A stretch of 61,107 nt of DNA from Minisyncoccia bacterium. Lineage in GTDB: Bacteria; Patescibacteriota; Minisyncoccia; Phycocordibacterales; UBA918. Position numbers and translations under genes: made by a program. The stretch spans positions 1-61,107 of the forward strand of contig JBLIOC010000002.1 in NCBI GenBank assembly GCA_047639355.1. Reading direction: 5' to 3'. Positions 27,390 to 37,970 of this stretch are shown here, piece by piece (within the stretch, counting starts at the first letter, position 1; each line of letters begins with the position of its first letter). Under the pieces are notes generated by a model, which saw only the letters and a list, made by a program, of their open reading frames with translations, did no database searches and was not told the DNA's origin.

Positions 27390-27472
27390 TTTAAATCACT
27401 TTCACAATAAAACAGCCGGTACACAGTACCGGCTGTTTTCAGTCGTGTACCAATGTATAATGGCAAGTACCT

Positions 27473-27856
27473 ATGAAATCTTTTACTATCAGCAGTACCG
27501 TTAAGGAATACCCTAAAAAACACCCGTACGAAACAATGAAGCGTAAAATCCTTGGTGCAAAATATCAACTTTCCTTGGTATTTGTTGGTAAAACGCGAGC
27601 AGCCACCCTCAATAAAAACTACCGAAAAAAAACCTACTCTCCTAATGTTCTATCTTTTTCTCTTACTGAAGAAAACGGAGAAATCATTATCTGCCCGCGT
27701 GTCGCTAAAAATGAAGCTGCGCGCTTTAATCTTTCAGTAGATGGATATATCGCCTACTTATTTATCCACGGACTGCTTCATTTGAAGGGCTATGATCATG
27801 GCAATACAATGGAAAAATATGAGTCAAAGTATCTTAAAGTGTTCAATATTAAATAA
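27473..27856 (+). CDS. ybeY: rRNA maturation endoribonuclease YbeY
   Basis: 127 aa with the zinc motif HGLLHLKGYDH. Confidence 0.9.
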   Translation: MKSFTISSTVKEYPKKHPYETMKRKILGAKYQLSLVFVGKTRAATLNKNYRKKTYSPNVLSFSLTEENGEIIICPRVAKNEAARFNLSVDGYIAYLFIHGLLHLKGYDHGNTMEKYESKYLKVFNIK

Positions 27857-27858
27857 TT

Positions 27859-29028
27859 ATGTCAGAACACATCATTACTGGTATAGACGTAGGCACCTAT
27901 CATGTAAAAGTGGCTGTGGCCCGCTTACCAAAAAAGGGCAGCGGTGCGACTAAGCCAGAAATCATCGGCACTGGTTTATCTGAAAGTCGAGGTCTTAAGA
28001 ATGGATACATTATGCAAGAGGCTGATGTCGCCCGCAGTATCAAGAGCGCAATTGCTCAGGCTGAAAAAAACGCTGGCGTGACTATAAAACGAGCACATGT
28101 TGCAATTGGCAGCATCGGCCTAGAGGAGACATACTCCCATGGCGAAATCATACCCCTACGAGCCGACTCAGAAATTACGAACTCTGACTTGGAAAAGGTC
28201 ATACAAGATAGTGAGGAGCGAATCATGGACCATATACCAAACCGTCGCATACTTCACAGTATTCCATTAAGATACATAATCGACGGTACAGAGGTTTTAG
28301 GTCGTCCACAGGGATTAAAAGGCACCAAACTAGAAGTTGATAGTCTTTTCATAACAACTTATGAACAACACATAAACGACCTCATTAGTACCATAGAAGG
28401 ACTAGGAGTGTACGTTGAAGATGTTATCGCTTCCCCTCTGGCAGCAAGCTTTGTAATGCTTTCCAAAGCTCAGAAACGAGCCGGTTGCGTACTAACAAAT
28501 ATTGGGGCGGAAACTACTTCAATTGTAATCTTCGAAGACTCTACACCAATCTCACTCAAGATTTTTCCAGTTGGTTCAAATGACGTCACCAATGATATTG
28601 CGCTCGGTCTCCGTATACCGCTTGAAGACGCTGAAAAAATTAAGCGAGGAGCCATGACGAGTGCTACCTTTTCAAAGAAAAAACTTGATGAAATTATCCA
28701 AGAGAGACTACGTACTATTTTTACCCTAATCGATAATCATTTAAAGAAAATAGAAAGAGACGGTTTGTTACCAGCTGGGGCAATTTTGACAGGAGGTGGT
28801 GCAAATGTTTCGGGTACGGTAGAAACGGCAAAATCAGTTTTGGAGCTTCCAGCTAGGACAGCCACTCTCGATATTGGTAAGAATATAAAAATACGAGACG
28901 CCTCTTGGGCAGTCGCTTATGGGTTATGTATGTGGGGTGCAAACGATACTGAAGAAACTTCTACCATTGGAATAGTAAGACACACTAGGCGCAACATTGT
29001 CTCTTGGCTAAGCCAGTTTCTCCCGTAA
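27859..29028 (+). CDS. ftsA: Cell division protein FtsA
   Basis: 389 aa with an actin-fold (GIDVGTY..., TGGGANVSG). It lies directly upstream of ftsZ. Confidence 0.9.
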   Translation: MSEHIITGIDVGTYHVKVAVARLPKKGSGATKPEIIGTGLSESRGLKNGYIMQEADVARSIKSAIAQAEKNAGVTIKRAHVAIGSIGLEETYSHGEIIPLRADSEITNSDLEKVIQDSEERIMDHIPNRRILHSIPLRYIIDGTEVLGRPQGLKGTKLEVDSLFITTYEQHINDLISTIEGLGVYVEDVIASPLAASFVMLSKAQKRAGCVLTNIGAETTSIVIFEDSTPISLKIFPVGSNDVTNDIALGLRIPLEDAEKIKRGAMTSATFSKKKLDEIIQERLRTIFTLIDNHLKKIERDGLLPAGAILTGGGANVSGTVETAKSVLELPARTATLDIGKNIKIRDASWAVAYGLCMWGANDTEETSTIGIVRHTRRNIVSWLSQFLP

Positions 29029-29296
29029 AAATGAAACAAAAAATATTGTGACTCTGTTGAATTTTCGTCCGATTTTTTTACTTTGCGACAAAAAATTACT
29101 GGACGTCTCCAACTCTGTAGGAGCTACTTTATATTTTAAAAAAGGTTACGTTCTAGCGTGTTTGTCAAGCACACGATTGTTGATTATGTCAATATGGTGA
29201 CAGATATTTTTTTGACGTGTATTATAGTCACATTAGTAATTTTACTCGTACTCAGGGGTGGGTGCGCAGAACAAACACGCAAAAAAAAATAACTGT

Positions 29297-30538
29297 ATGG
29301 AACAAATAAAATCAGACATTGAATCATTCGCAAGAATCCGAGTGGTTGGTGTTGGCGGTTCTGGAAAAAACGCTGTCAACCACATGGTGACCTCAAAGGT
29401 TAGAGGAGTGGAGTTTATAGCAATCAATAGTGATGCCCAAGATTTACACCACTCACTAGCAAAAAAGAAAATCCATGTTGGAAAAAACTTAACACGCGGT
29501 CTTGGTGCTGGAGGTAACCCGGACGTTGGGCGACGTGCAGCTGAGGAGACCAGGGAAGAAATCGCTAACGCCATCAAAGGATCAGATATGATTTTTATCA
29601 CTGGTGGTATGGGTGGAGGCACTGGTACAGGAGCTGCTCCTGTAGTAGCTAAGATTGCACGAGACAGTGGAGCTCTCACGGTTGGTGTTGTAACAAAACC
29701 CTTCCTATTTGAAGGTCAGCAACGGATGCGCCTCGCTCTACAAGGAATAGAGGAACTCAAGCAAGAAGTAGACGCTTTGATTACTATTCCTAATGACCGA
29801 TTGTTAGCAATTGTCGATAAGGAAACAACAGTTAGTAATGCCTTTGAGCAATGTGACAACATTCTTATGCAGGCTGTTGAAGGTATTTCAGATCTCATTA
29901 CCATGCCGGGTATCATCAATGTCGACTTTGCTGACATCCGTAGTGTTATGGAAAATGCTGGTTCTGCGCTTATGGGTGTCGGTATATCTTCAGGTGAAAA
30001 ACGAGCTGAGGAAGCTGCACGTGCAGCAATTAACTCACCACTACTAGAGGTTTCTATATCTGGAGCTAAGGGAGTTCTCTTTGCTATTGCTGGAGGAGAC
30101 GATCTTGGTATGCTGGAAATTCAAGACGCTGCTCGAGTAATCACTGAATCTATTGACCCACAGGCCAGGGTTATATTTGGTGCTATAAGTGATGAAAAAC
30201 TCAAGAAAAATGAGTTGAAAGTTACAGTTATAGCTACTGGCTTCCCAGAAGATTCAGATAGCGAAGGCGGCAATTACAATATCGCCCGCCGCGCTCCTAC
30301 AGCTTCTGAGGTGAGCGAAACAGAACCTTCGCCTGAGCCGGCAACTCGCGGCAAGATTTTTAATTCACTACCAAAGAAAACTGACTTAGTGAAACCGTCT
30401 GAAATTAGTTCAAGTAATACAACTAAAAATGATGCGTTAAAAAGAGAACCAAAACCAGTTGACCCAGCTGACGATACAGACGATGATGATGACTGGGGTG
30501 CAGTCCCAGCCTTTCTCCGTCGTTCAAAACTTAAGTAG
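29297..30538 (+). CDS. ftsZ: Cell division protein FtsZ with a long acidic/Ser-rich C-terminal linker
   Basis: Has [13 protein letters not shown], the tubulin signature [13 protein letters not shown], and the C-terminal peptide [12 protein letters not shown]. The longer ORF starts at 29258. Confidence 0.95.
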   Translation: MEQIKSDIESFARIRVVGVGGSGKNAVNHMVTSKVRGVEFIAINSDAQDLHHSLAKKKIHVGKNLTRGLGAGGNPDVGRRAAEETREEIANAIKGSDMIFITGGMGGGTGTGAAPVVAKIARDSGALTVGVVTKPFLFEGQQRMRLALQGIEELKQEVDALITIPNDRLLAIVDKETTVSNAFEQCDNILMQAVEGISDLITMPGIINVDFADIRSVMENAGSALMGVGISSGEKRAEEAARAAINSPLLEVSISGAKGVLFAIAGGDDLGMLEIQDAARVITESIDPQARVIFGAISDEKLKKNELKVTVIATGFPEDSDSEGGNYNIARRAPTASEVSETEPSPEPATRGKIFNSLPKKTDLVKPSEISSSNTTKNDALKREPKPVDPADDTDDDDDWGAVPAFLRRSKLK

Positions 30539-30749
30539 TTAATGAACAGATATACAAAATTAATATTGTTTATTTAGTTCTGAATTTCTTCTTTCCTAAG
30601 AGAAATTCTCAGAAAATTATGACAAGCGCTTGCCGCTTGCATAAAACGGAAAACTCCTACCTAGAGGAGTTTTTCTATACCGAGAATGCACTTCGTGGTA
30701 TTCTAGTGCCACTATTCATTAAATCCGATTAGATTCACTTATCTCTATC

Positions 30750-31673
30750 ATGTACGACTTATTAATTATAGGTGGCGGACCAGCTGGAACTTCAGCCGGA
30801 GTCTATGCCTCACGAAAAAAACTTAAAACTCTGTTCATTACAAAAGATTGGGGTGGGCAAAGTATAGTATCAACAGACATCCAGAACTGGATTGGAACCT
30901 CTTCAATTAGTGGTGACGAACTTGCCACTAACCTTCGTAAACACCTAGAAACCTACGCCGACGATAGCGTATCAATTATTTCTGATCAAACTGTTAGCGG
31001 TCTAGATAAGATTGATAATGGCTATGTAGCAACCTTATCCGACGGTAGTACTCATGAAACGAAAGCTGTACTTATTTCTTCTGGCTCACAAAGACGGAGA
31101 CTAACAATACCTGGTGCAGATGAGTTTGAACACAAAGGAGTTACTTATTGTGCCAGTTGTGACGGTCCGATTTTTTCAGGACAGGATGTAGCAGTCATCG
31201 GCGGAGGTAACGCTGGGTTTGAGACAGCTGCCCAACTACTTGCCTACGCAAAGAGCGTTACATTGTTGCAAAGAGGACCAGAATTCAAAGCAGACCCAGT
31301 CACTGTTGAAAAAGTACTTTCACACGAAAATATGACAGGGATATTAAATGCAAAAGTTGAAGAAGTAGTTGCGGATAAATTTGTCAACGGACTAACCTAT
31401 TCTGATGTTATTACTAATGAAGTGAACACTCTTCCTATAACTGGTATATTTGTTGAAATCGGAATGATTCCAAACACAGACTACGCGGCAGACATTGTAG
31501 ACGTCGATGAATACAAACGTATTATCATTGACCCTTGGACTCAAAAAACCTCAGCTACAAATGTATGGGCTGCTGGTGACTGTACCAACGTAAGATACCA
31601 CCAAAATAATATAGCCTCCGGTGACGCTGTGAGAGCACTAGAGGACATTTACGTGACGCTTAAGGCAAAGTAA
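30750..31673 (+). CDS. trxB: Thioredoxin-disulfide reductase
   Basis: 307 aa with GGGPAG, the redox CASC motif (YCASCDG) and GGGNAG. A terminator lies at 31685-31711. Confidence 0.85.
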   Translation: MYDLLIIGGGPAGTSAGVYASRKKLKTLFITKDWGGQSIVSTDIQNWIGTSSISGDELATNLRKHLETYADDSVSIISDQTVSGLDKIDNGYVATLSDGSTHETKAVLISSGSQRRRLTIPGADEFEHKGVTYCASCDGPIFSGQDVAVIGGGNAGFETAAQLLAYAKSVTLLQRGPEFKADPVTVEKVLSHENMTGILNAKVEEVVADKFVNGLTYSDVITNEVNTLPITGIFVEIGMIPNTDYAADIVDVDEYKRIIIDPWTQKTSATNVWAAGDCTNVRYHQNNIASGDAVRALEDIYVTLKAK

Positions 31674-32458
31674 CCTAGACTTACAAAAACACCCCAGAGC
31701 AGGGTGTTTTTGTATATCGTAATATTTAAATTTTGGCTAGGGTAACTGAAAATTACTTAGGCAGAAGTATAGATATTTAAAGCTGATCTGAATCTGCTCA
31801 TGTCGAACGTGTGCTTACATAGAATATCCCCCAAACTGCGGCTGGCTAAAGCCTCAGATTGGGGAAAATTTAGAATAGTCGCTTCCGCTGGTTTTCTCAA
31901 GCGCATCTGAAATTATTCTAGGGAATGAATAATTTCAGGTGTACATTCACAATATGCCCTTCGGCCATTTGCTCAAGCTGTCAAAATTTGCCCCAGGACA
32001 GAAAGAATTTCGACATATTTTCATAATAGGTCCCGCGGACCTTTACTCCAAAAACGTAAAAGCGCCCCCTCCAGGGCGCTTTTACTTCGTACAACGTAGA
32101 GCTTCGGCCTGCACGCATTGCTCGTAGCCTCGAGCGAAAGTATTTCATACTTCACCACCGCGCAAACCTGTACCTAGGTTCTCATGTCAGGAAAATATGT
32201 CAACGAAGCAGCAAAATCCTTATTTTTAGCCCTTCTGGGTATAAACTGTGCAAAAGTCTGTACATAAGTCGGGTATAAACCAGTGTAAAACTATGATGAT
32301 AACCTCCTTGACAGTTTTTACAAAAAAGCTAGCATTAATGGACTGTTTAGCTAAACGCACCTGTCTGACCGAAGTGACAGCTCTCCAAAACTTACGTTTC
32401 AACATATACAGTGAAAGATTGTTTTTATTAACATAACTACGCAAATTGCGATACACTT

Positions 32459-32887
32459 ATGATTCGATTTTACTCACTCTTCGTATCTGACGATGAACTA
32501 CTTGCTAGTCCATACATTCGTCGATTTAACGTTTTTCACGATCTCTCAGTTCATCTGGGTAAGACTGAAACATTGACCTTCCTACTCCAAACTACTATCA
32601 GCCCTAAACAACACGAAGACATAAACATAATATTTGACCCCCTACAACTCAATCTGCAGAAAATTGATGTTCAAACATTTGAACATCAAACATTAATAAC
32701 GGTTGATTTGATTCCAAAAGAAATTGGTTCAATTCGACTTGGCTTTGCCTTTCCTCAATCAGACAAGCTACACCGAGCGCGAACGAAGAAAATCCCCTCA
32801 CCTCTTATATCTGTACCTTGTATAGATCTGAAAAAGAAACATCCTCTCAACCTTGGAAAGAAAAAAGGTGAACAAGTCTCATTCTGA
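32459..32887 (+). CDS. Hypothetical protein
   Basis: 142-aa ORF with no recognisable motifs. Confidence 0.3.
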   Translation: MIRFYSLFVSDDELLASPYIRRFNVFHDLSVHLGKTETLTFLLQTTISPKQHEDINIIFDPLQLNLQKIDVQTFEHQTLITVDLIPKEIGSIRLGFAFPQSDKLHRARTKKIPSPLISVPCIDLKKKHPLNLGKKKGEQVSF

Positions 32888-33047
32888 AAACTAAGCTTGT
32901 TTTTTATACAAGCAGAAGAATAAGGAGGGAGCTAATTACTGTAAACAAAACCTAACATCAGCGTTCTTTTAATGGGTCAAAGGGTAGCATTTTCTAGATA
33001 GTCTGGTATTATGTGGCGCACTTGCTGATTGCAACAATCAATAAGCG

Positions 33048-33119
33048 GGTCCCATCGTCTAATGGTTAGGACGCTAGGTTTTCATCCTAGAAATCGGAGT
33101 TCGATTCTCCGTGGGATCA
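33048..33119 (+). tRNA. tRNA-Glu (TTC)
   Basis: Acceptor ggtccca/tgggatc, anticodon stem ctagg/cctag with loop ttTTCat, T-arm cggag-ttcgatt-ctccg. Confidence 0.9.
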
Positions 33120-33230
33120 CAAATTTTTTAAGCTAAATTTTAGGCCACTTTTTTGCATACCACTAAAGTTGTTCCAAATTTCTTAGAGATTAGTTTTGAT
33201 GTTATTTCTTAATGATATATAATTATCTAT

Positions 33231-33527
33231 ATGTTTTTATATATAATTTTAGGACTTCTTGTATTTTCAGTAATAAGTTTATTTTTGTTACCTGCTTATT
33301 CTAAAAAAATAATAGGTCGTGCGAATAATGATGTAGTTTCTCGTATAAAGAACTTGTATCAAGAAGGAGTAAATAATGACTTAGAAGTTAAGAAGATATT
33401 ATTATCTGAAAATCACACCGAAAAAGATTTTACAAATGCTATTTTGGCTATTAAACTTGAGCCTCAAGAAGTAAATAAATTTCTTGCTCCTGTGGGGGGG
33501 GATATTGGGGAGTATCTTTTTACTTAA
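33231..33527 (+). CDS. Hypothetical small membrane protein in a very AT-rich segment
   Basis: 98 aa with an N-terminal TM segment. It lies next to tRNA-Glu and the IS30 element. Confidence 0.3.
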   Translation: MFLYIILGLLVFSVISLFLLPAYSKKIIGRANNDVVSRIKNLYQEGVNNDLEVKKILLSENHTEKDFTNAILAIKLEPQEVNKFLAPVGGDIGEYLFT

Positions 33528-33820
33528 AAATTATATTATTGTGTATACTGGCCAAGTTGTATTTTTTATAATTTACGGTGTTATTTTTGTTGTTTTTATT
33601 TATTTTATGAATAAACAGAGGAAGAGAAAGTAATTCTGTTAGTTAGTAAAGGTAATTTTCTTATACTGATTTTAATATCATCTCCACACCCCAAAAGTTC
33701 AGAAAGCCACTAAATAGCTCTAATATGAAAAAGGTAATGGGGATACAGTTAAGTCACTGGCTACGTCAGTGACTGTTTTCCTTTTATTTATAATTTCCTT
33801 TAATTTTTCTTCTTTGGAAG

Positions 33821-34937
33821 TAATGGGGATGAGGTTAATTAAAGCCTGAACCGCAACCAGACAAAAACATACCCACTAAGGTACGCTAGGAATGTTAACA
33901 ACCTAGTAACCATTAGTGGATATGCACACACAGCATAAGTCTTTTAAACAAATACGGCAAATAGAAAGAGAGCGAATAGAAGAATTGATACAAGCAGACC
34001 AAACACCAAAACAAATAGCGCTTATTCTCGGTAGACACCCAGCAACTATTGTCAGAGAGATACAAAGAAACAGCAAAGGTGATGGTTCATACACAACCAT
34101 CTACGCCCAAAAGAAAACCATAGAACGACGCTACTCAGCTAAAGAGTCATCAAGAAAGATAGAGAATGATTCAGACCTAGAAACATCCATCATCGCTCTC
34201 ATGTCCGACACTGATCCTATGCGTGGAGACTGGTCTCCAGAAGTTATTGCTAACAGTTCTCTCAAAGGAAGAGTTTCACACACCACTATCTACGCCTGGG
34301 TTAAAAGGTCACGTCCAGAGCTGAAGAAGCTTCTGCACTTCCAGGGACGGAGAAGAGCAAGATATGGCTCTGTGGCTACCCGACTGCACCGTGAGATGTC
34401 TCTACCTTCGATTGAAGATCGACCTCAGAGTGTGGAGTCTAGGAGTCATATTGGACACTTTGAGGGTGACACAGTTATCGTCAATGGTGGCAGAATACAT
34501 ACGTTGGTAGAACGGAAAAGTCGGTTTCTGATTGGTAGTTTAATTACTCACAAAGGAGTTGGTTTAGCTATAAAGATCTCTGAAGACGCAGTGGAAAAAC
34601 TGTCTGTTCTACCACTGCAATACAGACAGACTATTACTTATGATCAAGGTAGTGAGTTTGCTTGGTGGGATGAGATTGAAAAAGGACTTGATGGTACGAA
34701 GATATATTTTGCTCACCCACACTCACCTTGGGAACGCGGGACTAACGAACGACATAATGGATTGATGCGACGATATATTCCAAAGAAGAAATACTCTGGT
34801 ATCATTACTCATGAAGATGTTGCAGAGACGGTTAGGAGAATAAACCATCGTCCGCGGAAGATTCTTAACTGGCGTACTTCTTGTGAAGTTTTTGGGAAGT
34901 GTTGCGGTAGAAGCTTTAATTAACCGTATCCCCGTTA
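33821..34937 (+). mobile_element. IS30-family insertion sequence (about 1.1 kb)
   Basis: Terminal inverted repeats are taatggggatgaggttaattaaagc (33821-33845) and the reverse complement of gctttaattaaccgtatccccgtta (34913-34937), matching at about 21/25. It contains a single transposase ORF whose stop lies in the right IR. Confidence 0.8.
33916..34923 (+). CDS. IS30-family DDE transposase
   Basis: 335 aa with an N-terminal HTH, and a DDE/rve core with GHFEGDTV, TYDQGSEF and HSPWERGTNERHNGLMRRYIPK. The ATG alternative is at 33922. Confidence 0.9.
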   Translation: MDMHTQHKSFKQIRQIERERIEELIQADQTPKQIALILGRHPATIVREIQRNSKGDGSYTTIYAQKKTIERRYSAKESSRKIENDSDLETSIIALMSDTDPMRGDWSPEVIANSSLKGRVSHTTIYAWVKRSRPELKKLLHFQGRRRARYGSVATRLHREMSLPSIEDRPQSVESRSHIGHFEGDTVIVNGGRIHTLVERKSRFLIGSLITHKGVGLAIKISEDAVEKLSVLPLQYRQTITYDQGSEFAWWDEIEKGLDGTKIYFAHPHSPWERGTNERHNGLMRRYIPKKKYSGIITHEDVAETVRRINHRPRKILNWRTSCEVFGKCCGRSFN

Positions 34938-35018
34938 TGCCGTACCCCGTTATGCACTTTGTCAGGGCAGTATAAGTGATATAATTAAAAGTAAATTTTA
35001 GTATAAATATATTTTTTT

Positions 35019-36194
35019 ATGTGGGCAAAACTTAAGCAACGATTATTCGATGATGATAGTAGTACGGGTTATGAAGAGGTAAGTGAAAAAAGGACAACCA
35101 AAACAGGATATTTTTTACTTTTTGTAATGTTCTTGTTCTTGGTTGGTGTTGGACAGACAGTGTTTGATGATTTGAATGATCTTGTTACGTATCCAGCTAA
35201 TTCCTCTGAGTGTGTTACCAGACTTACCGTACCGTCACTCCCGTACCATTCTCACTCACCCTCAAGTATATGTAGGTTTACTGAAATAGACACAAGATTT
35301 GGTTTGGATACAAAATATAATGCTGCAAGGCCAACACTTGATGACATCAGCTCAATTAATGTCAATATTTCTAGTTATCAATATAAGATTAATAACGCAC
35401 AGAGAACTATTACTATAGCCGAACGGCAATACGAACTCAGTCTCCAGGAAAAAATTGCGGAAGAGGAAGTTTTGTTTGACAGAGGTGGACAGCAGTCAAC
35501 AATTTCTACTCAACGAGATTCCATTCGAAACGCTCAGACTAATATTAGTCGCCTTATGAAGGAACGAGATTTATTAGTGCAAAATATAACGCCTCAAGTG
35601 CAAGCGATTGAAGTAAGTTACAAAGAAGCAAAAGATCATTATCTTACGCAACGTGCATGGTATAAATTCAAGGTATTTGGTTTGATGTTGTTGTTCGTAC
35701 TCCCGTTTTTTGTATTTTCCACCCATTGGTACTTGAAAGCAAAGCGAAAAGATAGTCCATATGCAATTATCTCAACTGCAGTGATGGCAGCATCTGTAAT
35801 ATTACTTTTGCAAGTTATGTTGATGTTTTTGTATCAGATCCTTCCAATGCAGTGGCTTGGTCGGATCTTTGAATGGTTTCTAGACATCCCAGCATTGCGG
35901 TTCATTATTTACTACGGCGGTGTTGCTTTGGTGGTGTCTATCTTTGGTGGCATTGTATACTTCATTCAAAGACGTGTGTTTAATCCGAAGCGTGTAGCAT
36001 TGCGTCGCCTCAAGAAGCATGAATGTCCTAAATGTTCATATATTATCCATCGTGATGATAAATTCTGTCCAAGCTGTTCAGTTCAACTTAAAAAATCATG
36101 CTCGGCATGCGGACATGACCGGTCTACACACTTACGATACTGCGTAAACTGTGGCTCAGAAGAAGCGATTGATGAAAGAGAATTGGAATCATAA
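35019..36194 (+). CDS. Membrane protein with coiled-coil ectodomain and C-terminal double zinc ribbon
   Basis: 391 aa with four TM segments and a C-terminus of CPKCSY..CPSCS...CSACGH..CVNCG. Confidence 0.45.
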   Translation: MWAKLKQRLFDDDSSTGYEEVSEKRTTKTGYFLLFVMFLFLVGVGQTVFDDLNDLVTYPANSSECVTRLTVPSLPYHSHSPSSICRFTEIDTRFGLDTKYNAARPTLDDISSINVNISSYQYKINNAQRTITIAERQYELSLQEKIAEEEVLFDRGGQQSTISTQRDSIRNAQTNISRLMKERDLLVQNITPQVQAIEVSYKEAKDHYLTQRAWYKFKVFGLMLLFVLPFFVFSTHWYLKAKRKDSPYAIISTAVMAASVILLLQVMLMFLYQILPMQWLGRIFEWFLDIPALRFIIYYGGVALVVSIFGGIVYFIQRRVFNPKRVALRRLKKHECPKCSYIIHRDDKFCPSCSVQLKKSCSACGHDRSTHLRYCVNCGSEEAIDERELES

Positions 36195-36203
36195 CTTGAG
36201 TAC

Positions 36204-36236
36204 CTTGGGTTCGAACGTCCTCTACCCAGCGGAGCA
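36204..36236 (+). repeat. Isolated tRNA-3'-end-like fragment
   Basis: cttgg-gttcgaacgtcctcta-cccag-cggagca. The acceptor-like end cggagca is the same as in unit 36281-36410. A similar fragment is at 41490-41524. It is followed by terminator hairpin 36242-36274. Confidence 0.4.
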
Positions 36237-36280
36237 TCCAACAGAAAAACACTCCCAAAGGAGTGTTTTTCTGTTGTCGA

Positions 36281-36410
36281 TGCTCCGAGCAGAAAGTGGA
36301 GCTTTCGGGCAGGGTTCGAAGAGATGGAGTTTATCGCACGAGCGTTAGTGAAGTACGATACGACATCTTTACCGTTCCTGTATGGAAAGAAATTCCTGCC
36401 GCCGGAGCAA
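36281..36410 (+). ncRNA. tRNA-like structured repeat unit (divergent copy)
   Basis: Perfect 7-bp acceptor-like helix tgctccg/cggagca, hairpin gaaag-tggag-ctttc, T-stem-like ggcagg/cctgcc enclosing gttcgaag + helix agatg/catct + ttcc-TGTAT-ggaa. Confidence 0.5.
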
Positions 36411-36680
36411 AGAAAATAAGCTCTAATTATAGGACTCATTCTTAGTAGGATAGTTGGTGGACCGAACCTAGATAGCGTTGACATGGTGGATATATGTAGT
36501 AGTTTGTATCTAGATACACCTAACTGCAACGAGAGGAAGAGGGAATGTTTGGGGTGGATGAGTGCGAGTTTGTGTGCGAGGTAACAGGAGGAGTTATTAG
36601 AGTTAAGTTATTAGTTGGCTGTATTTGGGGATGGGGGTACAATGTTACTAACAACCCACTAATAACTAAACACATACAAT

Positions 36681-37769
36681 ATGACCATGGTAAAAAACCT
36701 CCTAACCCCAACTTCTGTCTCTTTTATTACTGCAGCCTTAATTCTTACTGCAGCCTTAATTCTTTCCCCGAATACAGCCGTAGGTAACGATCGTGACAAT
36801 AATTCCGACATAGGAAATCTGACCACCTATATGGATGCAGATATCTTCACGGATTCGACGGTCTTTGCCAAAAGCTACGTAACCCTGGGTTCCGATGTAA
36901 AGATCAGTGGCAACGTAATTGCAGGAGCCGCCACTACGGTTGGCGCGAACGCTGATGTCCATGGCACGATTGATTCTGGAGCCGCCACCACGCTCGGCGC
37001 GGACGTATGGATACTAAAAGGCGATGTCTATTCTGGAGCCGCCACCACGCTCGGCGCGAACTCAGTAGTCCAAGGCGGTGTCGAGTCTTCATCCACCACT
37101 ACGGTTGGCGCGGGCGCTGTAATCTACAAGTATAATTCAGGATTATTTGCGGACCTGGATTTATCTGACGCATCATCCTGGGATGTCCAAGTTCCAGGAA
37201 GCAACTGGGGAAATCGTCTCTACAGCGAGGATCATGTCGGACAACTAGAGAGCGCGCAAGATTACTTGTATCATCTGCCACCCAGCACTACCGATGTGAT
37301 TCCCACTCCCAACATGTTCAGCGGTGTCACTCACAACATTGGCGCCGACGAGACCTGGCTCCCTGGAGTCTACACGATCGATGGCTCGCTGTCGGTGAGT
37401 TCAGAGGTAACCATCACGCTTGATAATACTACCACTGGTGACTTCATCATCAATGTCCGTGACTACGTGTCCTTTGGTGCGCTCGCGAAGGTGGTATGGA
37501 AGGATATTACTGATGACGATTCCCGTGTTATCTGGAACGTTCAGGGCACCTACATCAGCCTCGGCGCGGAGGCTGAGATCGAAGGCTTACTTTTGGCGAA
37601 CACCTACGTCACTACTGGGGCAAACTCGAAGGCAAAAGGTGGCGCATACTCTGCAACTTCATACGTTTCTGTGGGGGCAGAAGCCGAAATAGGAACAAGT
37701 ACTACACAAGTAGGAACTAGTGATTTGGGTCCTCCTCCACCATCCCCTGGGGTAGATGGCACCTTATAA
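36681..37769 (+). CDS. Secreted beta-helix repeat protein, ice-binding-like (DUF3494-type)
   Basis: 362 aa with a signal peptide and three SGAATTLGA(N/D) repeats. The C-terminal VIWNVQGTYISLGAEAEIEGLLLANTYVTTGANSKAKGG matches the DUF3494 pattern. It is visibly more GC-rich than its neighbours. Confidence 0.45.
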   Translation: MTMVKNLLTPTSVSFITAALILTAALILSPNTAVGNDRDNNSDIGNLTTYMDADIFTDSTVFAKSYVTLGSDVKISGNVIAGAATTVGANADVHGTIDSGAATTLGADVWILKGDVYSGAATTLGANSVVQGGVESSSTTTVGAGAVIYKYNSGLFADLDLSDASSWDVQVPGSNWGNRLYSEDHVGQLESAQDYLYHLPPSTTDVIPTPNMFSGVTHNIGADETWLPGVYTIDGSLSVSSEVTITLDNTTTGDFIINVRDYVSFGALAKVVWKDITDDDSRVIWNVQGTYISLGAEAEIEGLLLANTYVTTGANSKAKGGAYSATSYVSVGAEAEIGTSTTQVGTSDLGPPPPSPGVDGTL

Positions 37770-37970
37770 ATGGGGTCAGCCATCATTCTTTGGTCTCCTC
37801 ACCCTCTTAGCACCTGTTCAATTAAGGACTTGTAGGAACTTAATACTCGGAGGATCGGCCTCAGGAGTTAAACATCGTCCCAACAGCGAGCAAACAGATT
37901 AGGTATATTTAGCAACATAAATAAGTTCGAATCTTAGTTCGGACTTTTTTGTTATGTTAGACTTCTTGTT

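Noticed and set aside
29242-30047. ORFs 29242-29679(-), 29716-29937(-) and 29811-30047(+)
   Set aside because: They lie inside or antisense to ftsZ. The Pro/Ala-rich translation is the mirror of the Gly-rich tubulin signature.
31712-32458. Group II intron or RNase P RNA in the ORF-free region
   Set aside because: There is no GUGYG 5' end with a domain V-like helix, no RT ORF, and no P4 motifs on either strand that I could find.
36083-36787. ORFs 36083-36529(-), 36151-36348(+), 36263-36445(+), 36520-36711(-) and 36545-36787(+)
   Set aside because: They span the tRNA-like fragment, its terminator and unit 36281-36410, or the G-rich leader of the 36681 gene. There are no coding signals.
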